This document shows positions 1-9,297 of a DNA stretch of 64,000 bases, in pieces. Made by a program: the position numbers and the translations under genes. The notes below the pieces were generated by a model. That model was not told the DNA's origin, did not search any database, and saw only the letters and a program-made list of their open reading frames with translations. Position 1 is the stretch's first letter. Each line of letters begins with the position of its first letter. This DNA comes from an uncultured Nitrospiraceae bacterium (GTDB lineage Bacteria; Nitrospirota; Thermodesulfovibrionia; Thermodesulfovibrionales; UBA6898). The stretch covers positions 64,001 through 128,000 of the forward strand of contig CAWEQH010000001.1 in the NCBI GenBank assembly GCA_963811165.1, read 5' to 3'.

Positions 1-350
1 AGAGAATCAAAGAGTTCAATCTTAAAGCCGACCTCCGGTGCCGTCATGACCTTCCACATTGCTACCTTGGTAAATTCGGCATCGTCGGATAAAATAATAG
101 CACAACGTCCCCCTGAGCCAAGGTAGTTTTTCAACTCTTTTACCGAAAGTGATACTAATTGGATGTCATGCAGCGTGGTAGTGGAGAGCGATGCGGCCCG
201 ATGGTCCACGAGGACATCCATGCCGGCCTTCCATTTGGGATGTGTAATCAATTCTCTAAGAAGAAGCCGATGACCTTCGCCGTTCAATTCTCCAGACGTG
301 TGAATGGTAACAAAGGATTCGTTCTTATCAAACGTTATTTCATAACGCAT
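1..350 (-). CDS. STAS/SEC14 (SpoIIAA-like) domain protein, 3' end runs off the window
   Basis: Not in ORF track. Manual translation from ATG at 350: MRYEITFDKNESFVTIHTSGELNGEGHRLLLRELITHPKWKAGMDVLVDHRAASLS...GRCAIILSDD...FKIELFDS, open to the window edge; the VLVDHR and CAII pattern resembles SpoIIAA-like proteins. Confidence 0.6.
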   Translation of the reverse strand, partial: MRYEITFDKNESFVTIHTSGELNGEGHRLLLRELITHPKWKAGMDVLVDHRAASLSTTTLHDIQLVSLSVKELKNYLGSGGRCAIILSDDAEFTKVAMWKVMTAPEVGFKIELFDS

Positions 351-671
351 TCTTAGGCCAGCTTCCCATGAGACACAGGTTCATCGATTGGATCCCTCGG
401 CCACTATAGATCGTCGGTCCTATCGCTCCTTAATTCCGCGATTTCGTCCTGAAGTGTTGATCTTAATTTATAACTTACACCTTTTTGCAGATTTTAAATA
501 GTGAGACTTTGAGGAAGTACGCCGAACTTTCTCCCCGGCCTTCCTGAGGTAATCAGGGAGGTGGCGCAAGGGGCGGGGTTGTTGCGTATGTCGGCGGCGG
601 TAAGCTTCCTCGCAGGCCATATCACGGGGGTAAGCATAGCCTGACCGTCCTGCGACCCCGGTGACCGGGGC

Positions 672-728
672 ATATTCGATAAACTTTTATCGGAATATTG
701 ACATCACCAGGTGAGAGCATGTCAGAAT
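672..728 (+). promoter_or_regulatory. Putative promoter (TTGACA 698-703, CAGAAT 723-728) with upstream dyad CGATAA-ACTT-TTATCG
   Basis: Perfect -35 hexamer; dyad at 677-692; palindrome TCACCAGGTGA at 704-714; lies upstream of the cupin gene. Confidence 0.4.
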
Positions 729-765
729 CACTTAAAGTCATTTTAGGGTAAGGGAGGATTTTGCA

Positions 766-1209
766 ATGAACGGCATGCGGCATATTTATGTAACCATTTC
801 CGTTTTTTTTCTTCTTTTCAGCATTGCTCCTCGTGCTGACAGCGACGATTACACCGGAGCCAGCGTAACCCTGATCAAGAAAGCCACGATTACTGCAGAC
901 GGCCGGAAGATGGAGTATCTTAAGACCGACAAGCCCGAGGTCACCGCGCTTTTAGTCGAGCTCCCGCCCGGCGGCGAGACAGGCTGGCACCTCCATCCCG
1001 TGCCGGTTTACGCCTATGTCCTTTCAGGTGTCCTCACCGCAGAAACGGAAAATGGGCAGAGGCGGGACTACAAGGAAGGCGAAGCGATTTTCGAAACGGT
1101 CGATACGCCCCATAACGGAAGAAATCTTGGAAAAATACCCGTCAAACTCATAGTCTTTTATACCGGAGAAGAAGGGAAGCCGGTCACTGTAAGGGTACAA
1201 CATCAATAA
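766..1209 (+). CDS. Exported cupin domain protein
   Basis: Signal peptide; cupin motifs GWHLHP..YAYVLSG and PHNGRN; RBS GGGAGG. Confidence 0.85.
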   Translation: MNGMRHIYVTISVFFLLFSIAPRADSDDYTGASVTLIKKATITADGRKMEYLKTDKPEVTALLVELPPGGETGWHLHPVPVYAYVLSGVLTAETENGQRRDYKEGEAIFETVDTPHNGRNLGKIPVKLIVFYTGEEGKPVTVRVQHQ

Positions 1210-1231
1210 GATGAGGGAGCGTAACCCGTCT

Positions 1232-2917
1232 TTACTTCCAGGAGACAACGCTGTGTGAGGAGAGGTGGTTCCCGGCCGCTTTACTGTCCATAGGCCGAAA
1301 CAGATAAAACCCCTGTGCGTATTCACCCTTCATATCCTTAAATACATCGAGCTGCTCTACTGTTTCTATCGCTTCGGCAATTACATCGAGGCCCAGGTCG
1401 CGTCCGAGCGCAATTATCGTTTTCACGATTGCCGCATTATTTTTGTCAAAGGTCAGGGCATTGATAAAGGAGCCGTCTATCTTCAGCCCCTTTATGGGAA
1501 AGTGACGCAGGTAATTTAATGCCGAGTATCCGGTGCCGAAGTCGTCGATGTCGAAGCGGACCTTTAGGTCCTCGAATCGCTTCATCACCGCGGCGGCCGG
1601 CTCGGCGTTTTCTATCAGGGTCCTTTCCACTATTTCAAGTCGCAGGCAGCTTCCCTCCAGGCCGGTTTCCTCAAGGACATTCTTGACGAAGTCGAAGAAA
1701 TGGGGCTGAGAGAAGACCTTGCCCGAAACATTTACGCTGACCGTTAAGTCGCGGCAAGCCGGGAACTCTTCCCGCCACTCCTTCAATTGCCGGCATGACT
1801 CCCGGATCGCCCTTTCCCCAAGGGGGATGATAAGGCCGGTTTCTTCTGCGACCGTGATAAACTCCGAAGGGGTAATGATGCCGCGTTCCTCATGCCGCCA
1901 GCGAAGAAGCGCTTCAAATCCGGTGATCTTGTTCTCCTCTACCGATATGATGGGCTGATAATAGACGACAAAATCATTCTGTTCCACGGCCCTTCTCAAC
2001 TCTGTCTCGACCCAGAGTGCCGCGGTCGCCTTGGCATGCATCGCCGGGTCAAAGACCACGTGACATGCCTTGCCCCGCTCCTTCGCATGATACATTGCCG
2101 TGTCGGCGTCGCGAAGAAGCTCCTCGGGTGCTGTATAATCCCCCGCATTGCTCATCACTATCCCTATGCTCATCGTCGTAAATATTTCGCGCCCGAATAT
2201 CGAAAAGGGCGATCTCATTTCAGCGTGGAACCGCTCGGCGATTTCATGGACAACGGATATTTCCCCGGTATCTTCCATGAGAACGGCGAACTCGTCACCG
2301 CCGAAACGGGCGATCGTGTCGACTGACCGGAGGTGTTTCCTAAGCCGCTGAGACAGCAAAACCAATAGCTGGTCCCCGATCACATGTCCCAGGCTGTTGT
2401 TGATGACCTTGAAGCGGTCCAAGTCGAGAAAGAGAATGGCAAAGGAGTAATCCGGATGCCGCTTCCTCCGTGCAAGCGAACTATGCAGATGGTCTATAAA
2501 AAGGGACCGGTTAGGCAGATTCGTCAGGGAATCGTAAAAGGCCTGGCGGGTGAGCAGGTCCCCGGCCTCTTTCCGCTCCCTATTTTCCCGGCTCAGAAGC
2601 TCATTGACCCCCTCCAGCTCGATATTCCGCTGCCGCAGTTCCTTTTCCGCAGCGAGGGCATTCCTGAAAAGTTCCGCCCTCTCGTTGACGAGATAGCCAA
2701 GCGCGGTCAAAATAAATGGAACGAGCAGTGTCAAGGCCCGGAATTTGATGCCCGCATGGTCTACCGACAGGAAATGCCTTAAGAGGCCTTCGTTGAACCC
2801 ATCGTATACGGAAAAGATATCAAGGCCAAGGATAAGTAGTGCAAGAATGACGGCATAAAGCGCCAGCCTGGATAAAACCTTATATTCAGACTCGTCGCTT
2901 ATGGCCCTGTCTCGCAC
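1232..2917 (-). CDS. Membrane-anchored GGDEF-EAL diguanylate cyclase/phosphodiesterase
   Basis: Two N-terminal TM segments; RSVD I-site and GGDEF; EALLRW and DDFGTGYS motifs; start uncertain. Confidence 0.92.
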   Translation of the reverse strand: MRDRAISDESEYKVLSRLALYAVILALLILGLDIFSVYDGFNEGLLRHFLSVDHAGIKFRALTLLVPFILTALGYLVNERAELFRNALAAEKELRQRNIELEGVNELLSRENRERKEAGDLLTRQAFYDSLTNLPNRSLFIDHLHSSLARRKRHPDYSFAILFLDLDRFKVINNSLGHVIGDQLLVLLSQRLRKHLRSVDTIARFGGDEFAVLMEDTGEISVVHEIAERFHAEMRSPFSIFGREIFTTMSIGIVMSNAGDYTAPEELLRDADTAMYHAKERGKACHVVFDPAMHAKATAALWVETELRRAVEQNDFVVYYQPIISVEENKITGFEALLRWRHEERGIITPSEFITVAEETGLIIPLGERAIRESCRQLKEWREEFPACRDLTVSVNVSGKVFSQPHFFDFVKNVLEETGLEGSCLRLEIVERTLIENAEPAAAVMKRFEDLKVRFDIDDFGTGYSALNYLRHFPIKGLKIDGSFINALTFDKNNAAIVKTIIALGRDLGLDVIAEAIETVEQLDVFKDMKGEYAQGFYLFRPMDSKAAGNHLSSHSVVSWK

Positions 2918-3554
2918 GAACCTCTTTCATCCTCTCCCCGTTGCCCTATAACGATCTCAAACAAGGCGCTTCCTCATATGAATGACAGCCCTTTCTTCTC
3001 ATCCCTCATGAAAACAATACATAAATTCAAGTACAATAATTCCAGCGGACGCCCGATAAGTCAAATTAAGTTTTTTTAATGATTCTCAGAAATTCAGGCG
3101 ACCCACTTGCGAAGGTATTTAAAGAATTCTGAGGAATATGTTTTGTCACGTCTTTGCCTGCACTACCTTTGTCCCGACACGGACCATCCAATGTTTGAAG
3201 CACCGACTACTTCTCAGGTATTGCGAATCGAAACTGTATCGAAGTTACATTCGGAAAAAAACACAGTCCGGATTGATTCCAAAATGTCACTTTCTTCCTA
3301 AACATCGCACCTAAGGTCAGACCTCCAAAATGATAGCTTCCAATCAGAAAAAAACAGCCCGACCACAACAAATTCATCCAGAAATAAACGCCTGTCAGCG
3401 CCATCTTCCTTTGGGCTGTTCATCACGAAGTTGCACCTTTCTGGAAGTCCAACAAATTACCAGTAATTCCCGTAGCCCTATCTGAGTGTGATACAATGAG
3501 ATCGGGAAATGACGTGGGGAGCTATCGTGATGAAAGGTTGAAAGAAGATGGGTT

Positions 3555-6263
3555 ATGAAGATAAACAAAACAGATATTCCTGAAGTCATAAGAGTCATAC
3601 TGAAAGACGGACATACCTTTAAGGTCAGACCCATCGGATCTGACGACCGGGAAAAACTCAGAACATTTTTCTACCGGCTGAGCCCTCAGTCCCGGTATTT
3701 ACGGTTCGGCTATACTAAGGAATACATTACCGAGCAGGAGCTTGTTCATTTTACGCAGCTGAATCCCCCCGATACTTATGCGTATGTCGGGCTCGGCGGC
3801 GAGGGAGATGCCGAAGTTATCCGCGCGGTCGGTCGATGGTTCCTTGAGTCGGACAAAAAATCTGCTGAAATAGCATTTGCGGTTGAAGACAACATCCAGA
3901 CACAAGGCATCGGGACTGCACTGCTCGAAAAACTCGCGGAAGCCGCAGCCAGATATAAGATCAGGAAATTTGTGGCCTACGTGCTTCCAGAAAACACCCG
4001 TATGCTCAGTTTGTTTGAAGAGAGCGGATTCCTGCTGACGAAGAGGATTAACGAAGGCAGATATGAGATCATCTTGGACCTGGAGGAACAGGAAGAGTTT
4101 TCAAAAAGGCAGGAGCGCCGTGAACATACAGCCCGTTCATCCGGTATGCGGCGCGTCGTGTACCCCAAGAGTGTCGCAGTAGTCGGCGCATCCCGCGACC
4201 CCGAGAGCATCGGGGGTAAGGTCTTTCGCAATCTTCTCTACAGCAACTTCAACGGTACAATTTTTCCGGTCAACCCGAAAGCAGCTTCCATCAATGGTGT
4301 GCTATGCTATCCGACGATTGCTGAGGTTCCGGGGAATATTGATCTTGTCGTCATCGTCGTTCCCGCAAATATGGTGCTTGATGTCATTGATCAGTGCGGC
4401 AAAAGGGGGGTCTGGGGGGTACTTGTAATATCTTCAGGTTTTTCAGAGGTAGGAGATGAGGGCAAAGAGCGACAGAGACTTCTCAGGGAAAAAGTACTTT
4501 CATACGGTATGCGCTGCATTGGTCCTAATTGCTTGGGCATTATGAATACAGATCCCCAGGTGAATTTAAATGCAACCTTTGCTCCCACGTATCCACCCCG
4601 CGGGGTCATGAGCATCGGGACCCACAGCGGGGCTCTGGGCCTGGCGCTGCTGGACTACGCAAAAAACAACAACCTTGGCATTGCCCACTTTGCAAGCATC
4701 GGTAATCGTGTCGACATCTCGTCTAACGACCTGCTGGAGTTCTGGGAGGACGATGAAAATACCAAGGTCATACTCCTCTACCTTGAAACCTTTGGCAATA
4801 CGAGAAAGTTCAGCCGCATATCACGACGCATTTCAGGCAAAAAACCGATCATCGCCGTGAAATCCGGGCGAAGTGAGGCGGGCAGCAGAGCAGCCAGTTC
4901 TCATACGGGGGCTCTTGCCGCATCGGATGTTGCGGCGGATGTTTTGTTCAGAAAAGCAGGCGTCATAAGGGTCGACACTATAGAGGAAATGTTCAATGTC
5001 GCAAAGGGATTGGCCAGTCAACCTCTCCCTCTCGGACCTAACGTGGCAATTCTCACCAATGCAGGGGGACCGGGGGTCCTCACGGCTGATGCGGCGATAG
5101 GATGGGGGCTTGCAGTCCCGCCGCTTTCTGCGCAGACTCAGCAGAGGCTTTCCACCTTTTTGCCAAGGGAAGCGGCAGTCGCTAACCCTGTTGACATGAT
5201 CTCATCCGCCCCCGGCGAACACTTTAAAAAGGCCCTGAAAGTACTCCTTGATGCAGAAGAGATAGACAGCATCATTGTTGTTAATATCCCGCTGAGATCA
5301 CCGGAGGAGGTGGCCGCAGGAATAAGAGGAGCCCTGGAAGACTACCGGGGAGATAAGCCTGTGCTCGCATGTTTCATGATGTCGGATACCACCGCTGTCA
5401 GGTTAACGCTTGACAATGGCATGAACATCCCCCTGTATGTGTTTCCGGAGGATGCGGTAAAGGCTCTTTCACGTGCATGGCCTTATGCCCAGTACAGAAA
5501 GCTTGATATTGGCAGATTTGTTGCATTTGCAGATATCGATGAAGAGAGTGCCCGACGTTATCTCATCAGTCAGAATGTTGCCACGAATCACGGCGGCTGG
5601 CTCCCGCAGGAAGTTGCTTCCGGCCTGCTGAAAGAATATGGCATTCCGGTTGTGGAGACACGATATGCAAAGAGTGTATTGGAAGCAGCGGAAGCTGCCA
5701 GCGATATTGGCTTCCCCATCGCCATGAAACTCCGCTCGTCAACAATTACGCACAAAACTGATGTTGGCGGAATTGTCTTGAATATTCAGAATAAGGCGGA
5801 GGCTGAACAGGCTTTTACGACTATCAGAACCCGTCTTGATAAGGCCGGTCACATCGCTGATTTTGAAGGGGTCGTTGTACAGCCTATGCTTCCGGGCGGG
5901 CAGGAGGTTATTGTCGGCATGTCTAGTGATTCGGTATTCGGGCCGCTTATCATGATTGGCATGGGGGGAGTGTACGTCGAGCTGAACAAGGATGTCGCCT
6001 TTGCGCTTCATCCTCTGACCGATAGGGATCCGGATGTCATGCTCTCGCAGCTTAAGAGCCTTCCTCTTCTGACGGGTTGGCGGGGGAGCGCACCAAAGGA
6101 TCTGGATGCTCTCAGAGAAATTCTACTCAGATTTTCCGCAATGATAGAAGATTTTCCTGAGATTTCAGAAATGGAAATAAATCCGCTCATGGTTTTTGAT
6201 AACCAGAATGGGTGTGCTGTTGTTGACGCGCGCATTTTATTTACAAGCCAAGACTTCGTTTGA
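3555..6263 (+). CDS. GNAT acetyltransferase fused to NDP-forming acyl-CoA synthetase-like domains (Pat/Pka family, N-terminal GNAT)
   Basis: GNAT motif QTQGIGTALL; CoA-binding VAVVGASRD and IGPNCLG; SHTGALA; ATP-grasp HKTDVGG and EINPL. Confidence 0.9.
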   Translation: MKINKTDIPEVIRVILKDGHTFKVRPIGSDDREKLRTFFYRLSPQSRYLRFGYTKEYITEQELVHFTQLNPPDTYAYVGLGGEGDAEVIRAVGRWFLESDKKSAEIAFAVEDNIQTQGIGTALLEKLAEAAARYKIRKFVAYVLPENTRMLSLFEESGFLLTKRINEGRYEIILDLEEQEEFSKRQERREHTARSSGMRRVVYPKSVAVVGASRDPESIGGKVFRNLLYSNFNGTIFPVNPKAASINGVLCYPTIAEVPGNIDLVVIVVPANMVLDVIDQCGKRGVWGVLVISSGFSEVGDEGKERQRLLREKVLSYGMRCIGPNCLGIMNTDPQVNLNATFAPTYPPRGVMSIGTHSGALGLALLDYAKNNNLGIAHFASIGNRVDISSNDLLEFWEDDENTKVILLYLETFGNTRKFSRISRRISGKKPIIAVKSGRSEAGSRAASSHTGALAASDVAADVLFRKAGVIRVDTIEEMFNVAKGLASQPLPLGPNVAILTNAGGPGVLTADAAIGWGLAVPPLSAQTQQRLSTFLPREAAVANPVDMISSAPGEHFKKALKVLLDAEEIDSIIVVNIPLRSPEEVAAGIRGALEDYRGDKPVLACFMMSDTTAVRLTLDNGMNIPLYVFPEDAVKALSRAWPYAQYRKLDIGRFVAFADIDEESARRYLISQNVATNHGGWLPQEVASGLLKEYGIPVVETRYAKSVLEAAEAASDIGFPIAMKLRSSTITHKTDVGGIVLNIQNKAEAEQAFTTIRTRLDKAGHIADFEGVVVQPMLPGGQEVIVGMSSDSVFGPLIMIGMGGVYVELNKDVAFALHPLTDRDPDVMLSQLKSLPLLTGWRGSAPKDLDALREILLRFSAMIEDFPEISEMEINPLMVFDNQNGCAVVDARILFTSQDFV

Positions 6264-6644
6264 AAAGGGCCTTTTGGAATCGGTTATTGGAATATCAAGA
6301 GCGGGAGGTAACAAATATTTTCAGGTTCGTATGGTTCATTCCATAATCGGGAGCCACGGGCCTGCGAGGAAAAAACAAGAGTAGCTGAGACAAACGTTCT
6401 CACGTCGTCTGAAAGGTTTCATATTCCATTCGTAATCTTCATTGAGTTTCGTCCGTGTGAAACTAAGGACTCGGTGAACTAAACAATCGAGGGGATCACG
6501 CCCTGTTTAAATGACTGTTATCAACACTCTGTCGGCATGCTCTAATGGTGCGTAATACTTCTGGAATAAGACATCGGGGATATTGAATGGTTATGGCGGA
6601 GCTTATAACAAGAAATACACCCAAGATCTGTCCGGTCCCCAATA

Positions 6645-6673
6645 TTGATTTGTAAGCCCGGCAGTACTATGAT
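6645..6673 (+). promoter_or_regulatory. Putative sigma70 promoter TTGATT-N17-TATGAT
   Basis: Near-consensus hexamers with a 17-nt spacer, about 40 nt upstream of the ATG at 6716 (RBS AGGAGG). Confidence 0.5.
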
Positions 6674-6715
6674 GTAATTAGAGCCAAACAACAAAGTCAT
6701 CGGCAGGAGGAAGTT

Positions 6716-7153
6716 ATGGGAGTTAAGGTCTTGTTTGCAGGTCCGGCAGTTGAGATTGACGGAGTTAAATACCACCATCATCCCAACGGTGGCGGTCTGG
6801 TCGCTGAGACAGCGGATGTTGCAGTAACAGCTTTCATAGGCCCTTTTGCAAAAATATGCGGCAAGGCAAGGGTATCTGATGAGGCATTTGTATTCGGCAC
6901 CGCCTGGATCTTCGATAACGCTGAGGTAAGGGATAATGCCCAGGTTTTTGGTAACGCAAAAGTTTTTGGAGATGCGAGGATATGTGATGATGCAAAAGTT
7001 TATGGCTTTTCTTCAGTTTTTGGAGATGCAAAGGTTTCAGGCTTTGCAGAGGTTTTTGATTTCGCGGAAGTCTCAGATGACTCCAGAGTTTGCTGGAAAG
7101 CTAAGGTCTCAGGCGGGGCAAAGATAACCGGAGAGGCCATAGTAGAAAAGTAG
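6716..7153 (+). CDS. Left-handed beta-helix (hexapeptide repeat) protein
   Basis: HPNGGG motif followed by many A-x-V-x-(G/D)-(N/D) hexapeptides; strong RBS. Confidence 0.8.
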   Translation: MGVKVLFAGPAVEIDGVKYHHHPNGGGLVAETADVAVTAFIGPFAKICGKARVSDEAFVFGTAWIFDNAEVRDNAQVFGNAKVFGDARICDDAKVYGFSSVFGDAKVSGFAEVFDFAEVSDDSRVCWKAKVSGGAKITGEAIVEK

Positions 7154-7267
7154 GGATGGAACCTGGGATATGGTCATCATTCAGAAATAGCGGGGCCTGA
7201 ACTCTGGACTTGCTCGGCAAAAAGGATCCCTTAGCCGGGAAAAATAAGTTTACCCAGGCTTCGTTAT

Positions 7268-7300
7268 AAAAGCCCCTTGAAGTGATTATGAGGGGCTTTT
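7268..7300 (+). terminator. Intrinsic terminator-like hairpin
   Basis: AAAAGCCCCT...AGGGGCTTTT inverted repeat. Confidence 0.6.
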
Positions 7301-7388
7301 GCTTTGGACAGCATTTACCTCTTACTGACCATCCATCATGAGCTTAAAACGAACGAAAAGATTCTCTTGAAAGATAGTATAAAGAAGA

Positions 7389-7631
7389 TTGTTGGACAAC
7401 TTCAGATCTGACCCAAATCACCTTCTTGCTTTAGGAATATTTTTCACTATAGTTGGCGTCATTACTACTGGAGCCGGTACTATTCGTTCCTCTAGAATTC
7501 AGGCCGAAAGAGCCGATGCTGAGGCAGAGTCACAGCTGCGTCTTAGAGAGAAAAGTGATGAAATAGCAGCATTAAATCGTCAGATTGCGGATAGTCAGAG
7601 GAGCGGATTCTTCTTGGTAAGCTGTCGCTGA
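7389..7631 (+). pseudogene. Probable truncated membrane/coiled-coil protein remnant
   Basis: TM helix plus coiled coil (LREKSDEIAALNRQIADS), then ends abruptly next to the 3' end of fumC. Confidence 0.35.
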
Positions 7632-7643
7632 AGACTGCTTTTC

Positions 7644-9035
7644 TTAATCGCCCTGACCCGTCATCGTCTGCGGGTCGAGCAGCTTTTCAATCTCTCTTGC
7701 TGAAAGGCCGGTCATCTCTACGGCGACTTCCTTGATCGGTCTTCGCTCAGCATATGCCTTCTTCGCGATCTCCGCTGCCTTATCATAGCCGATGATGGGG
7801 ACGAGCGCGGTCACTAAGATAGGGTTATGACCGAGGACCTCCGCTATCCGCTCCCTGTTGACCGAAAAACCCGAGACCGCTTTTTCAGCGAGCAGCCTGG
7901 CGGCGTTCCCCAAAAGGGTAATGGACTGAAGAAGATTATGGCCGATAAGAGGAAGCATGATGTTTAGCTCAAACTCACTCCGGCTGTTGCCGATCGTCAC
8001 CGCGCTGTCGTTTGCGATCACCTGAACACATGCCATGATCACCGCCTCAGGGACAACAGGGTTTGTCTTGCCGGGCATGATGCTCGACCCAGGCTGAAGA
8101 GGCGGCAGCAGGATCTCTGAGAAGCCTGCGTAAGGGCCGCTGTTCATCAGCCTGAGATCGTTTGCGATCTTCATTAACGATGAGGCCGATGTCTTCAGCC
8201 GTCCGCTGAATTCCGCCGCCGTATCCATCGTAGCCTGGCCGGCAAAGTGGTTCTCCGTCTCCGAAAAAGACAGCCCGGTTCGTTCGGTCAGTTTGGCCGC
8301 CATTTTCCTTCCGAATGCCGGATGGCTGTTTACCCCTGTCCCCACCGCTGTCCCCCCGATCGCAAGTTTTCCCATACCCGGGAGGGCAGAACGTATCCTT
8401 TCTTCACTCTGCCTCACTTGATAGGCCCACCCGCCGATCTCCTGCCCAAGGGTCAGGGGCATCGCATCCATCAGGTGCGTACGCCCGGTCTTGACTACTC
8501 GCGACAACTCCTCCGCCCGGACCCGCAATGCTGCAGCGAGACCGGCCAATGCAGGCAGAAGGTTCTCGACGGTCTCCAAATACGCGCTGATATGTATAGC
8601 GGCCGGAATCACGTCATTTGACGACTGGCCGAGGTTTACGTGGTCGTTCGGATGGACCGCTCCGGAGCCTACCCCTTTTCCCATAAGCTCCGAGGCACGG
8701 TTGGCGATCACCTCATTGGCGTTCATGTTCGTGGAGGTGCCTGATCCGGTCTGAAAGATATCTACCGGGAAGTCTTCGTCCCATCGGCCTGCCGCGACCT
8801 CGTCTGCCGCCTGCCGGACAGCACAGGCCCTGCCGCCGTCGAGCAGGCCAAGCTCGGAATTCACGTCGGCCGCACAGCCCTTTATAAGCCCTAGTGAACG
8901 GATAAATATCCGGGGAAAACGTATCCCGCTTACCGTAAAATTATCGACGGCGCGCTGGGTCTGCGGCCCGTACATCGCACCTGCGGGGACCCTCACCTCG
9001 CCCAGGGAGTCCCTCTCCACGCGGAAATCAGCCAT
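7644..9035 (-). CDS. fumC: Class II fumarate hydratase
   Basis: QTGSGTSTNMNANEV, GRTHLMDA and GSSIMPGKTNP signatures; likely start MADFRVERDSLG at 9035. Confidence 0.95.
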   Translation of the reverse strand: MADFRVERDSLGEVRVPAGAMYGPQTQRAVDNFTVSGIRFPRIFIRSLGLIKGCAADVNSELGLLDGGRACAVRQAADEVAAGRWDEDFPVDIFQTGSGTSTNMNANEVIANRASELMGKGVGSGAVHPNDHVNLGQSSNDVIPAAIHISAYLETVENLLPALAGLAAALRVRAEELSRVVKTGRTHLMDAMPLTLGQEIGGWAYQVRQSEERIRSALPGMGKLAIGGTAVGTGVNSHPAFGRKMAAKLTERTGLSFSETENHFAGQATMDTAAEFSGRLKTSASSLMKIANDLRLMNSGPYAGFSEILLPPLQPGSSIMPGKTNPVVPEAVIMACVQVIANDSAVTIGNSRSEFELNIMLPLIGHNLLQSITLLGNAARLLAEKAVSGFSVNRERIAEVLGHNPILVTALVPIIGYDKAAEIAKKAYAERRPIKEVAVEMTGLSAREIEKLLDPQTMTGQGD

Positions 9036-9297
9036 AACGATTTCTCCGGCGGCCGACAGGACCGGGGCCGACAATGACGGGAATAAGATCATGATTCATA
9101 AATCCATTATACAGGAAGAGCCCGATTCTGCAATCGAATATGCTGTCCTCACGCGCACATGTTTGATCAGGCCCCCCTGCATTTTAGGATTAAGTAAAAA
9201 AAGCTTACGACTAGTAATGGGCAGCCCGCAATATTTCGGATGAATTACGAAGCATGCTGTGGGATAATAGCGTTATACCACTAATGAGGAGACAACC

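Noticed and set aside
3107..3634. Short ORFs in the gap between the GGDEF-EAL gene and the Pat-like gene
   Set aside because: No RBS or family motifs; treated as spurious, as are the many antisense shadow ORFs in the track
6345..6395. AGCCACGGGCCT...GTAGCTGAG resembling the 3' half of a c-di-GMP-I riboswitch
   Set aside because: No GGCAAAC/GAAA-tetraloop P2 or GACGCAAA junction upstream
6440..6480. Minus-strand GAGTCC...GGACGAAAC resembling hammerhead ribozyme stem II plus GAAA
   Set aside because: The required CUGANGA core is absent (reads UCACCGA) and no stems I/III with a cleavage triplet were found
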